Of a stretch of 60,955 nt of DNA, positions 49,716-58,746 are shown piece after piece. This DNA is from Promethearchaeia archaeon (GTDB taxonomy: Archaea; Asgardarchaeota; Lokiarchaeia; Sigyniarchaeales; SOKP01): NCBI GenBank assembly GCA_029856155.1, contig JAHQWL010000013.1, positions 1 through 60,955 on the forward strand. The letters run 5' to 3'. The translations under genes were made by a program, and so were the position numbers. Positions within the stretch are counted from its first letter, which is position 1. Each line of letters starts with the position of its first letter. Below the pieces are notes generated by a model, which was not told where the DNA came from, searched no databases, and worked only from the letters and a program-made list of their open reading frames with translations.

Positions 49716-50972
49716 ATGGAAATGATGAGCGATAGTTCTAAAAAAGTTGAATTAATGGCTCCGTTAAAAAATTATAAATCTTTGAATGCTGTGTTAGGTA
49801 AGGCTGATGCTGTGTATTTTGGTGTTGAATCACTTAACATGAGAATGTATAGCGACAATTTTAAACTTGAAGAGTTAAATAATATTGTTAAAACTTGCCA
49901 TGATAATAATACAAACGCATATCTCACAACAAATATAATAATTTATGAAAATGAATTTCCATTATTGGAGCAAGTATTAGATAAAGCTGTAAATGCAGAA
50001 ATTGATGCTGTAATCATACATGATATTGGTGCCATTCAATTAGCAAAAGAAAAGGGTTTAAAATTTCATATTTCCACTCAAGCTAACGTTTCTAATTCTC
50101 AAACAGCATTATTTTATGAATCCTTGGGCGCACAAAGATTAATTCTTGCAAGAGAATTATCACTCGAACAGATTAAAGAAATAAAAAAGAAACTTAATAA
50201 AACTGAAGTTGAAACTTTTGTTCACGGTGCTCAGTGTACTTCAATTTCAGGTCGATGTTATTTTTCTGCGGAAATTTGTCAATCGCAAGATTATTCAGCA
50301 AATAGAGGGAAATGTGTTCAACCATGCAGAAGAAAATGGCGAGTATATGATGACCAAAATAATGAGTTGTTATATGATGGCGTGTTCTTTATTAACGCGA
50401 AAGATCTCTGTATGATTGAATATATTCCAAAATTAATCGAAGCTAAAATAGATGCCTTTAAAATTGAAGGTCGAATGAGAGATCCAATCTATATTGAAGA
50501 GACAACTTCATGTTATAGAGAAGCTATTGATGCGTATTATGAGAATACTTTCACAGAAGAGAAAATTAATGATTGGCTAAAACGTTTAAATAAAGTATAT
50601 AATCGAGGTTTCTCAACGGGTTTTTATTTTGGATTGCCAAAAGGGAGTGAAATTCAAAGAGATTTTGATGGTAATATCTCTAATTATAAAAAAATTGAGA
50701 TAGGTAAGGTTTTAAATTACTTTCCAGAAAAAAAAGCAGCGAAGATCCTTTTAACATCAGGAAGTCTCAAGTTAAAGGATGAAATTTTTATTATTGGTAC
50801 ACATACAGAAACTTATTTGAGACAAGAAATTAACTCCCTTCAGATTAAACAAAAGAAGAATCTAACCGAAACCCCATATGTTTCATCAAAAAAAGAACGT
50901 ATAACTGTGGGAATTATTGTTGATAAACCAGTTAAAAAAAATGATAAAATTTTCAAATTACAGCAGCAGTAG
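49716..50972 (+). CDS. U32 peptidase family protein (TrhP/RlhA-like RNA hydroxylase)
   Basis: ELMAP, ADAVYFG, HISTQ, ILAREL, HGAQCTSISGRC, NRGKCVQPCR, KIEGR. Confidence 0.9.
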   Translation: MEMMSDSSKKVELMAPLKNYKSLNAVLGKADAVYFGVESLNMRMYSDNFKLEELNNIVKTCHDNNTNAYLTTNIIIYENEFPLLEQVLDKAVNAEIDAVIIHDIGAIQLAKEKGLKFHISTQANVSNSQTALFYESLGAQRLILARELSLEQIKEIKKKLNKTEVETFVHGAQCTSISGRCYFSAEICQSQDYSANRGKCVQPCRRKWRVYDDQNNELLYDGVFFINAKDLCMIEYIPKLIEAKIDAFKIEGRMRDPIYIEETTSCYREAIDAYYENTFTEEKINDWLKRLNKVYNRGFSTGFYFGLPKGSEIQRDFDGNISNYKKIEIGKVLNYFPEKKAAKILLTSGSLKLKDEIFIIGTHTETYLRQEINSLQIKQKKNLTETPYVSSKKERITVGIIVDKPVKKNDKIFKLQQQ

Positions 50973-51050
50973 AAATTGAAAATAATGAAATTATTCTGGT
51001 AAAAAAGAGATCTAAAAAAAATTAAGGTTATTTGGCCAAATAAGGAAAAC

Positions 51051-52334
51051 TCAATCCCAAGTAGCCTTCTTTACTTCATTATCATCGTCTTCTGTATGAA
51101 TTCGTTTAAGATCTATGTCTTGATAACCTGGGAGAACACTAAGTATTCTTCTCATAGCAAATTTAACGTCTTTGGCTGATGCAATAAATCTTCCAACTAT
51201 TAAAATATCTGCTCCTTGTTCTATTGCAAATGTTGCAGTTGAGGGTTCAATCCCTCCAGCTACAGCAACTAAAACCCTGTCCTTTCCTGAAGCTTTCTTC
51301 TTGCTTGCATACAATTCTTTAATTTTCGGAACTAATGCCCACCTCTGTCGTTGTTGAGCATCCGGGGATTTATCTCCTGCAGATTGCTCAACATCGATAC
51401 CTCTATGAATTATCACGACATCTGGTATTTGTTTTAAGGAACTTAACTTTTCAATGGGATTTTGAACTTCCATTGTATCAACAAATGCATGAATTCCTAG
51501 TCTTTGTGCTTCCATAATAAATTTATCAAGTGAGGCAGTAGCAGCTAAACCACTTGCTACAACTCCGTCGGCTGTCGCGTCAAATGCAAAATCGACTTCT
51601 AATTTTCCAACATCTAAGGTCTTTAAATCGGCAACAATAAATTTTTCTTTTGCAACATCACGAATTTGTTTAATTGATTCCATACCATATTTCTTGAGAA
51701 ATGGTGTTCCAACTTCTAGAATTATACGATCGCTTTTTGGTAAGTCCTTAACAACTTTAATTTGCTTTTCCAAGGCGGGATGATCTAATGCTACTTGTAT
51801 GTATGGGGGACGCCAGAGTCTAGGAACCCGAATTCCCGCAACTGGGTGTTTAGCACGGTCTTTATCATAGAATATCTTTTCAATTGGAGGATAATTCTTA
51901 AGAGCTCTCTGAATTGCCAGTTTTGTAGCACCATAATTAAATTGATAAATTTTTCGGTAATCTGTAGCGTCAGGATGTATAAATACACTCACAATTATTA
52001 CCCACTCATCCAATTTATTCATAGGGATTAAACCTTCTTCTACGGCATCAGCAATACCTTTTGCTACTGCTGCCTGAGCAGGACCAAAAATTTTGTTAGC
52101 ATCTTCCATATCTGCTACAGTAACCTTAGGAACGATTAAAGAGACGGGTTTGGACAAGAGGTTAGGTCTAATAGCAGCTAGCAAACCGCCGTGGCCTTTT
52201 GAGGGGGTGCTTAAGGCATTTGCGAAAGAGATTCCCACAGGTCCATCTTTTGAACCAACTATTAAATCTACATGAGCTAGGTTAGGGGCTTCTCCTATCA
52301 AGGCTTCTCCGATAAAGTAATCATTTTTAGCCAT
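51051..52334 (-). CDS. fae-hps: Bifunctional formaldehyde-activating enzyme / 3-hexulose-6-phosphate synthase
   Basis: GEALIG...AHVDL..G, FGPAQAAVAK; PPYIQVALD, EVGTP, ADLKTLDVG, VAGGI. Confidence 0.93.
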   Translation of the reverse strand: MAKNDYFIGEALIGEAPNLAHVDLIVGSKDGPVGISFANALSTPSKGHGGLLAAIRPNLLSKPVSLIVPKVTVADMEDANKIFGPAQAAVAKGIADAVEEGLIPMNKLDEWVIIVSVFIHPDATDYRKIYQFNYGATKLAIQRALKNYPPIEKIFYDKDRAKHPVAGIRVPRLWRPPYIQVALDHPALEKQIKVVKDLPKSDRIILEVGTPFLKKYGMESIKQIRDVAKEKFIVADLKTLDVGKLEVDFAFDATADGVVASGLAATASLDKFIMEAQRLGIHAFVDTMEVQNPIEKLSSLKQIPDVVIIHRGIDVEQSAGDKSPDAQQRQRWALVPKIKELYASKKKASGKDRVLVAVAGGIEPSTATFAIEQGADILIVGRFIASAKDVKFAMRRILSVLPGYQDIDLKRIHTEDDDNEVKKATWD

Positions 52335-52576
52335 ATGATTTTCCTTTTTGAATTATTATATTAGTTCTTTTTATAATTTTGTAGAGTATTTTTATTTATA
52401 ATAATGTGTTTTATAGATAACATAAAAAAATTGCGTATCTACATTATTCTAAAGTTAATACTCTATTAATAAAATTATCCTTGATACAAAGTTCTATTAG
52501 ATTAAATTAATATCTTTGATAAAAAACAAAAAATCCAAAATATGACCTTTTTTACATGATAAAACGAGAAGTAAAA

Positions 52577-53494
52577 TTAAGTAAAAAGGGTGAATAATTT
52601 ATTATTAGCCTTTCGAGCAAAAACTAATGTTTCTTCCAGTAATTTTAAACCCTTATCTGTATATTCATTGAATTCTTTTTCATCTTTTATATAATGTGTT
52701 GCATAAAGACAATAAAGAAAACCTCCGAGTAAATATATTATTGCACGAGATCTATTATCATCACAATTACCTAAAAGTTTTATATAATCATCAAATTTCA
52801 CAATGTTATCTTTAAGATATTCTTTAAACAATGGTTCCTTCTTAAAATCTTTTAAAAAAACTTTAGTCATGTTTATCATTAGTTCAGAAAAAATACTTTC
52901 AGAAAATATACGAAGATTTCCAAGATTTAATGATAATTTCAAAGCTTTAGATGCTAAACTTATCCCATTTTGAAAATTTTGATCAACTTCTAATTTATCA
53001 GCTGAAAAAGGTTGAAGAAAAATAAAACAAAATGCTGCTCTTGATAAACATCTAGCTACACTCTCTTGATCATCGCTTTTGGGTGAAAATAAATTACTAG
53101 CTTCAACAAAAAGGTCACTTGATTTACTAAATGATTTCTTTGCATCACTGATAGAGCTCGCAATAAATCCATGAGCAAATAATGCTTCTGCTTCACATTC
53201 TAACTCTTCTGCTTTATTTTTATTTTGCTTAAAAAGATCTTTACTTTTATTATAAGTTTCAATTACTCGTCTTAAACTTTCTACATATTCAGCTTTTGTA
53301 TCGACCGTTTCGGATGCTAAAAAATAAACGCGACCTAAGCGTTTATAAGCATTAGCAGCTTCTTTCACTTATTTCTTATTTAAAAATGAATTACCTGCTT
53401 CTTCATATAACCTTGCTGCTTCAGCCCAGTTATATGAATTTTCTTCAGTTTGTGCTCTATCTAACAATTCAGTTAGTTTATCATCATCAATCAT
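52577..53494 (-). pseudogene. TPR/alpha-solenoid protein with in-frame TAA (53369-53371), probably also 3'-truncated
   Basis: MIDDDKLTELLDRAQTEENSYNWAEAARLYEEAGNSFLNKK*VKEAANAY... in a single frame. Confidence 0.65.
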
Positions 53495-53973
53495 TTACTT
53501 TCAATAAAAAATACTTAAATTCTTGATTTTTTTGGACTTATTATTATTTAAGATACTTACAAAACATTTATACCTAGCAAATTATATATATCAAAATTGA
53601 CATTTATATCAAAATAATAAAATTAGTTCTTTAACATTAAAGAGTGAATGATTAATGTCATATACAATTGCAAAGGAAAAATTTCCTAAAAAACCTGTTA
53701 GTGAAAAGGTTATAGAGGTTTGTAAAAAAGATTTTAGAAATTTTAAAAAGGACAATGGAAACAGAGTAATTGAATTAATTCAATCAGAGATTAAAAATGC
53801 TGACTAAATGAACATTCCTAATAAGGTTTTGATTGAACAGAATGAGAATTTAGAAATGATTAGAAACTTAATTCGTGAAAGTAGAAAAGATGTTGCATTT
53901 TCGATATTTTTTCGAACATTTCCAAGCTGTTTACCACACAGAACTAGAAACCTTTAATTTTAATCAATACTTT

Positions 53974-54300
53974 TTACATATCTTCTATAGAATTAATTTT
54001 CCACAGATATTCCTTTAGGTCTAAATTAAATCTATCTGAAAACTTTATCCCTTCTTGTTCTAATAAGTTCTTTTGATATTCACAATCTTCGACTGCTTTT
54101 AAAGAAATTTTACCTTTTGAACTGATAACTCGATGCCAGGGAAGATCATATTTTTTTGATGATGAATGTAAAATCCATGAAACTTGTCTGGCAGCTCTTG
54201 GATTTCCTGCTAATTTAGCAATAAATCCATAAGTGAGAACTTTTCCCTCCGGAATTTTTTTAATTATGTCAATAATTTTTTGTGTAAAATCACTAGGAAT
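53974..54300 (-). CDS. atl: Alkyltransferase-like protein (ATL, MGMT family), ATT start; not in ORF track
   Basis: IPEGKVLTYG.IA.LAG.PRAARQV...LPWHRVI; a GGTGAT Shine-Dalgarno lies upstream and the preceding in-frame codon is TAA. Confidence 0.88.
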   Translation of the reverse strand: MPSDFTQKIIDIIKKIPEGKVLTYGFIAKLAGNPRAARQVSWILHSSSKKYDLPWHRVISSKGKISLKAVEDCEYQKNLLEQEGIKFSDRFNLDLKEYLWKINSIEDM

Positions 54301-54322
54301 TTAAAATCACCATTTTAAGATA

Positions 54323-55669
54323 TTACGTATACATTCCTTTTACTTTTTTTTCAATTTGTTTTGCGGAAGTATATAACTTTTCTAATTTATTTTTCCTTAA
54401 TTCTTTTGTTTCGAAAATAAGGTGATTACAATCATATTTTGTAAAATCATTTTCAAAAATATTCATACCAAAGTATTCTCTTTCATCCCATAAACGAGAT
54501 CCAGGGTAAGGTGTTGCGGTAAAATAATTTAGTTCATCATTCTCGTCTAAAGGCAATGATTTTATATAGTCAATCGTTTGAGAAAAACTTTGTTCTGTCT
54601 CCCCAGGTAAACCTAAGACGAAGTATGCTTGAATAGCAATCCCCTGTTTCTTTAGATTTATAATTCCTGTTTTAACCTGCTTGGGATCTTGAAATTTGAA
54701 ATTTCTTTTAAGAACAACTTCATTAGCAGATTCAATACCAGTTGCCACTATTTGACATCCTGCTTTTTTTAACAAACCTGCTTCTTCAGAACTTATTATA
54801 TCTACGCGGAGTTCACAACCCCAAGGGATCGTAATCTTATTTTCAATGAACATCATGCAAAAATCTCTGAAAAAATCTCGATTAATATTGATATTATCAT
54901 AGAAATTGATTTGAGTATAAGTTTGTAAGGATTGTATGTCCCTTATTTCGTCTAAAATTGATCCTATACTTCTTATTCGAGTCTTCTTAAATAATTTTTG
55001 TCTCGAACAAAATGAACATTGATTTGGGCAGCCTCTATTGACAATTACATTTGCTACAGAGTAGTAATAATTTTCCTGAGATAATTTATATCGAGCTGGT
55101 AAAGGTAAATCTTTCAAGTTTATTATATCAGTAGATTTAGTAACAGTAAGTTTTCCTTTTGAATTAATAAAAGCAAGCCCTTTAACTGACTTTAATTGAG
55201 TTTCATAGTTACTTAAGTTTTTACTTTCTAAAATTTGAGTCGTTAATATTTTAACCAATTCCAGAAAAGAAATCTCTGCTTCTCCTATACAAATAAAATC
55301 AATTAAATTTTCAGTTTTTTTGTCATATTCTAGGATTTCTTTATACATAAAAGAAACATGAGGTCCTCCTAATATAACATAGTTTTGTTGTTCAGTTTTT
55401 ACTAATCTTGCGATTTTAAGAGCTAGATGGAAAGTATTGGTGAGGGCCGTAATTCCAAAAATCCTATATCCAACAATTCTTTCATTGATTAGGTTTTCTA
55501 ACTCAGATTCGTTTAAATCTATAAATTGTTCAAGATCTAAGATCTCCACCGGAATATCGTTTAAATCTAAGATTGCTGCTAAATATAATAATCCTAAATT
55601 TGGTTCTCTAAAAAATTGTGTCCTAAACTCTGAAGGTTTAGAAGTACTTGGATTAATTAGCAGAATCAT
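54323..55669 (-). CDS. B12-binding radical SAM protein
   Basis: PNLGLLYLAA, ILGGPHVS, NRGCPNQCSFC, TGIES, PYPGS. Confidence 0.9.
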   Translation of the reverse strand: MILLINPSTSKPSEFRTQFFREPNLGLLYLAAILDLNDIPVEILDLEQFIDLNESELENLINERIVGYRIFGITALTNTFHLALKIARLVKTEQQNYVILGGPHVSFMYKEILEYDKKTENLIDFICIGEAEISFLELVKILTTQILESKNLSNYETQLKSVKGLAFINSKGKLTVTKSTDIINLKDLPLPARYKLSQENYYYSVANVIVNRGCPNQCSFCSRQKLFKKTRIRSIGSILDEIRDIQSLQTYTQINFYDNININRDFFRDFCMMFIENKITIPWGCELRVDIISSEEAGLLKKAGCQIVATGIESANEVVLKRNFKFQDPKQVKTGIINLKKQGIAIQAYFVLGLPGETEQSFSQTIDYIKSLPLDENDELNYFTATPYPGSRLWDEREYFGMNIFENDFTKYDCNHLIFETKELRKNKLEKLYTSAKQIEKKVKGMYT

Positions 55670-56471
55670 TTTGAGCGCTTGTTTCGGTTTCTTCAGCTAA
55701 TTTCTTTGGAATTTGAAATGCTTTAATTAATTTATTTATAGAACCGGGTTTAGCAAATTTATCCTCATAAATAATTGGTATTTCAATTTTTAGACTAGGA
55801 GAAGTATCTTCTTTATTAACATATAACTCTATTCCTTGAATGTTTCTCTCTTTTATGATTATTCTAGTTGAGTAATTATGGTCTTTAAAGAAAGTAAAAC
55901 CATTGTTTAATCTACCTAATTTGACCTGATTGATTGTCGTTTTTTCTTCTTGTAGAAAGGACTCTGTAATCTCTTCATCAGTAAATATCGTTCCTCCTAT
56001 TATCATGAATCTTCGAATAAGGGTTTCAGGTTGAGGAAACTGATTTATATATTCAAGTGCTGCATTTATTTTTGGACTTGAGATTGAAACATCTGCAACA
56101 TATTTATCTGGAGTTGGTTCTGGAAAGTCTTGTTTTTCAATAGGGGTAACTCTTCCTCCACCAATCGGTTTTTCTAATAATTCTTGAAATTCTCGGTCTT
56201 CTTTTGAATACATATTCAATGGATATACCCTATAAAATAATCTTAGTTGTTTCCTTAACATTCCAGCTAAAATTCCCCCATAGAGTTGGACTTTAAAAGA
56301 GCTATGAGGTCCGTTATAAGTCCAAATTCTCTTAGTGTCATGATCCACTAGTAAATATACTCGTTCTATACTAGTTTCATTTAATATATCTCCTAAATTC
56401 TGTCCTTGAACCACTTCTCTTATTTCCATATAAGGAAATTCATTTAGCTCAATTACTTCAAATATCTGCAT
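55653..56471 (-). CDS. Single gelsolin-like domain with C-terminal extension
   Basis: RVYLLVDHDTKRIWTYNG..SS pattern followed by a helix and E..EF..LL. Confidence 0.55.
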   Translation of the reverse strand: MQIFEVIELNEFPYMEIREVVQGQNLGDILNETSIERVYLLVDHDTKRIWTYNGPHSSFKVQLYGGILAGMLRKQLRLFYRVYPLNMYSKEDREFQELLEKPIGGGRVTPIEKQDFPEPTPDKYVADVSISSPKINAALEYINQFPQPETLIRRFMIIGGTIFTDEEITESFLQEEKTTINQVKLGRLNNGFTFFKDHNYSTRIIIKERNIQGIELYVNKEDTSPSLKIEIPIIYEDKFAKPGSINKLIKAFQIPKKLAEETETSAQNDSAN

Positions 56472-56644
56472 TTAGTAATATCCATTAATTTCTTATATAA
56501 GTTTAATAGGTAATTCATTAAAATAAATTTCATTATCAATATTAAAGAAGAAAATAAATCCAATCAATAAATATCATAAAATTTTTATGAAAATATACAT
56601 TTTAGAAGTTAATTTTGCTTTTTTAAGTTCGATATTGATGCATC

Positions 56645-57043
56645 GTGTCTTCTGAAAAAATAGTATATAAATTGAATATCAGCGGTGGAAATGTTGGGAT
56701 CGGTAAAGGATTAACTAAACAAATCGAGATTGACGAAAAAAAATTCCATTTTGAAGGAATGAAAATTGGGGATATTATCAAGGGTGGTCTCATAGGATTT
56801 CCGAACTATGAATTCCAAATTACAGGTGGAAGCGATTCGAGTGGTTTTCCAATGAGAAAGGATGTCCACGGACCTGTAAAAAAAAGAATTCTTGTTTCTA
56901 AAAGAGGAACTGGATACAAACCCATAAGAAAAGGAGAAAAAAAAAAGAGAACTATTCGAGGTAATGAAATTACGTATAATATGACTTTAATTAATATGAA
57001 GATTGTTAAATACGGGGAAGCTGAACTTTTTAAAAAGGAGTAA
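56645..57043 (+). CDS. rps6e: 30S ribosomal protein S6e
   Basis: YKLNIS, GMKIGD, ITGGSDSSGFPMRKDV.G, RGN.I. Confidence 0.95.
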   Translation: MSSEKIVYKLNISGGNVGIGKGLTKQIEIDEKKFHFEGMKIGDIIKGGLIGFPNYEFQITGGSDSSGFPMRKDVHGPVKKRILVSKRGTGYKPIRKGEKKKRTIRGNEITYNMTLINMKIVKYGEAELFKKE

Positions 57044-57073
57044 AATTGAATATTTATAAAGAGATGATTAAGC

Positions 57074-57256
57074 ATAGTTAAAGTCAAAAAATGCTCATTT
57101 TGTGGGTATGATATTGCTATCGGAAGAGGAATTATGTTCGTAAAAAGAGACGGCACAGTTTTAAACTTTTGCACCAATAAATGCAGGAAAGCTATGATTG
57201 ATTACAGAAAAAAAGCGAGAAAAACAAGATGGACCTCCTATTATGGGAAGCAATAA
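57074..57256 (+). CDS. rpl24e: 50S ribosomal protein L24e, ATA start; not in ORF track
   Basis: (M)VKVKKCSFCGYDIAIGRGIMFVKRDGTVLNFCTNKCRKAM...RKTRWT; an in-frame TGA lies at 57065-57067. Confidence 0.93.
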   Translation: MVKVKKCSFCGYDIAIGRGIMFVKRDGTVLNFCTNKCRKAMIDYRKKARKTRWTSYYGKQ

Positions 57257-57303
57257 TTAGATTTATAAAAACTTATTATTTAAAAGATTTGAAAAAAACT
57301 TAA

Positions 57304-57359
57304 TTATTGTAAACGTGGAAATTTAAGTAACTCATCAATTAAGTTCACATGACTTACGC
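57304..57359 (-). repeat. Second, recoded copy of the rpoN 3' exon with its splice-junction core
   Basis: GCGTAAGTCATGTG core is identical to 57496-57509; encodes SHVNLIDELLKFPRLQ*. Confidence 0.92.
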
Positions 57360-57453
57360 GATTTAATTGAATAATTATTTTAATCTCCCGAAAAAGGATT
57401 TACTCCTTAGAATTATAAAGTGATAAATGTGAATTCTCTATTATTAATTGAGA

Positions 57454-57684
57454 TCATTGTAATCTAGGAAATTTGAGCAACTCATCTATTAGATCCACAT
57501 GACTTACGCTTAGAAAGCGTAGAGCTTACTAATTTACAATCATGCGTTTGCAACAGAAACGCTCAATCCCTAATTCCTTAAATGCTTTTTCTGAAGGTTC
57601 TCCTTTTTCTAAGAGCTCTAAATACGGCTTATATACATGGGCAATTAATTTCCCGCAACTAAAACAGCGGATCGGTATAATAAT
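57454..57684 (-). CDS. rpoN: DNA-directed RNA polymerase subunit Rpo10/N, split: exon 1 57684-57534, exon 2 57503-57454
   Basis: The joined product MIIPIRCFSCGK...ERFCCKRMIV|SHVDLIDELLKFPRLQ (66 aa) is a complete RpoN. ATT start follows GGAGGAGA. Confidence 0.92.
57504..57533 (-). other. Candidate 30-nt bulge-helix-bulge intron in rpoN mRNA
   Basis: The insert carries in-frame TAG TAA. Exon helix CGCAUGA/UCAUGUG, central UUGU/GCGU, 3-nt bulges AAA and AAG, intron hairpin UUAG-U-AAGC/GCUU-U-CUAA. Confidence 0.72.
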
Positions 57685-57825
57685 GGCTGATCTCCTCCAT
57701 TCAGTTAAATAATTTTTTATATTAGATGTTTCCATTAATTAAATTTAAATAATCTTAAAAATATATTAAATCTAAAGTACTTAGTGATTCTTTAAAAATA
57801 AGTTTTTCTATTTAGCTTCTTTTAA

Positions 57826-58671
57826 TTAAACTACAGTTATGATTTGATATTTTTGAAGAAAGTTTGGAATTTCGAAGATAAAATTATTTCTTAAGTATAA
57901 TTTCTTTAAGGATTTTAATTCAATAATGAAGGATGGGAGGGCTTTAAAAAAATTCTTTTCAAGTGATAAAACTTCAAGTGATTCTAAATGGATCAAATTA
58001 GTTGGTAGAGTTTTTAATTGATTACGATTTAAATAAAGCCTTTTAAGAGATCTGAGATCTCCTATTCGAGGAGGAATTTTACTTAATTTGTTATTCTCAA
58101 AGCTAAAAGTCTCAAGTAATTTCAGATCAAAGACTGGAGTAGGAATTTCAGTTAAATTACAACTATCCAAATTAATATGTTTTATTGAATAAATCCGTCC
58201 AGAATCAATATAATCCCAAAACTGGTCAATACCAATTACTCCTTCGGTAAAATCTTCATCATTAGCATTTTTAAGACGCACTAAATGCAAAATTACACCA
58301 GGTTTATGAGCTCGAATTTTATTCTGTAAATCTTTAAGGTAAAACTTTCGCTCACGAATAAATTTTTCTTCCCATAAACCTTTCTCATGTCCCCAGTTTG
58401 CAGCGTCAATTATTTTGGTTCTTAAATCATCAGGAAGGAAGGACCCAGTTAATAATACAAAATAACCAAGAACAAGGTAAACTTTTCTTCTTGAAGACCT
58501 ATTCTCAACAATTTCCATAATTTTATCAAAATTATCTTCAAAAATTCTTCTTGTTAGAATTCTATCATCTTTATAATAATCTTTTAGGTTTAATCCACAT
58601 ACTTTAATAAAAATGGATGTAAGATCAGATTCTTCATCTCCTTCCATAATTTCAGCTGTTAATTTTGCCAT
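57826..58671 (-). CDS. Leucine-rich repeat protein
   Basis: Repeated LxxLxLxxNxLxxLP units in the C-terminal third. Confidence 0.88.
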   Translation of the reverse strand: MAKLTAEIMEGDEESDLTSIFIKVCGLNLKDYYKDDRILTRRIFEDNFDKIMEIVENRSSRRKVYLVLGYFVLLTGSFLPDDLRTKIIDAANWGHEKGLWEEKFIRERKFYLKDLQNKIRAHKPGVILHLVRLKNANDEDFTEGVIGIDQFWDYIDSGRIYSIKHINLDSCNLTEIPTPVFDLKLLETFSFENNKLSKIPPRIGDLRSLKRLYLNRNQLKTLPTNLIHLESLEVLSLEKNFFKALPSFIIELKSLKKLYLRNNFIFEIPNFLQKYQIITVV

Positions 58672-58746
58672 AAATTGGATAATAAATTAATTTGAATTTT
58701 TTTAATATGAAAGTAAAAAAATTGGTATTTAAATAATATTATTTTA

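Noticed and set aside
36672-53807. TAA reassignment (alternative genetic code)
   Set aside because: TAA terminates most intact conserved genes in the window.
53655-53957. Universal stress protein remnant
   Set aside because: The resemblance is too faint to support a product call.
57504-57533. Stop-codon readthrough of the in-frame rpoN insert
   Set aside because: It would need two consecutive stops (TAG TAA) read through and would add 10 residues next to the Zn-binding CC helix.
57529-57735. ORF-track call of rpoN as a 68-aa protein starting METSNIK and ending MIVN
   Set aside because: The N-terminal extension reads through the Shine-Dalgarno sequence and the conserved C-terminus is missing. 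An ATT start plus removal of the 30-nt insert fits the family.
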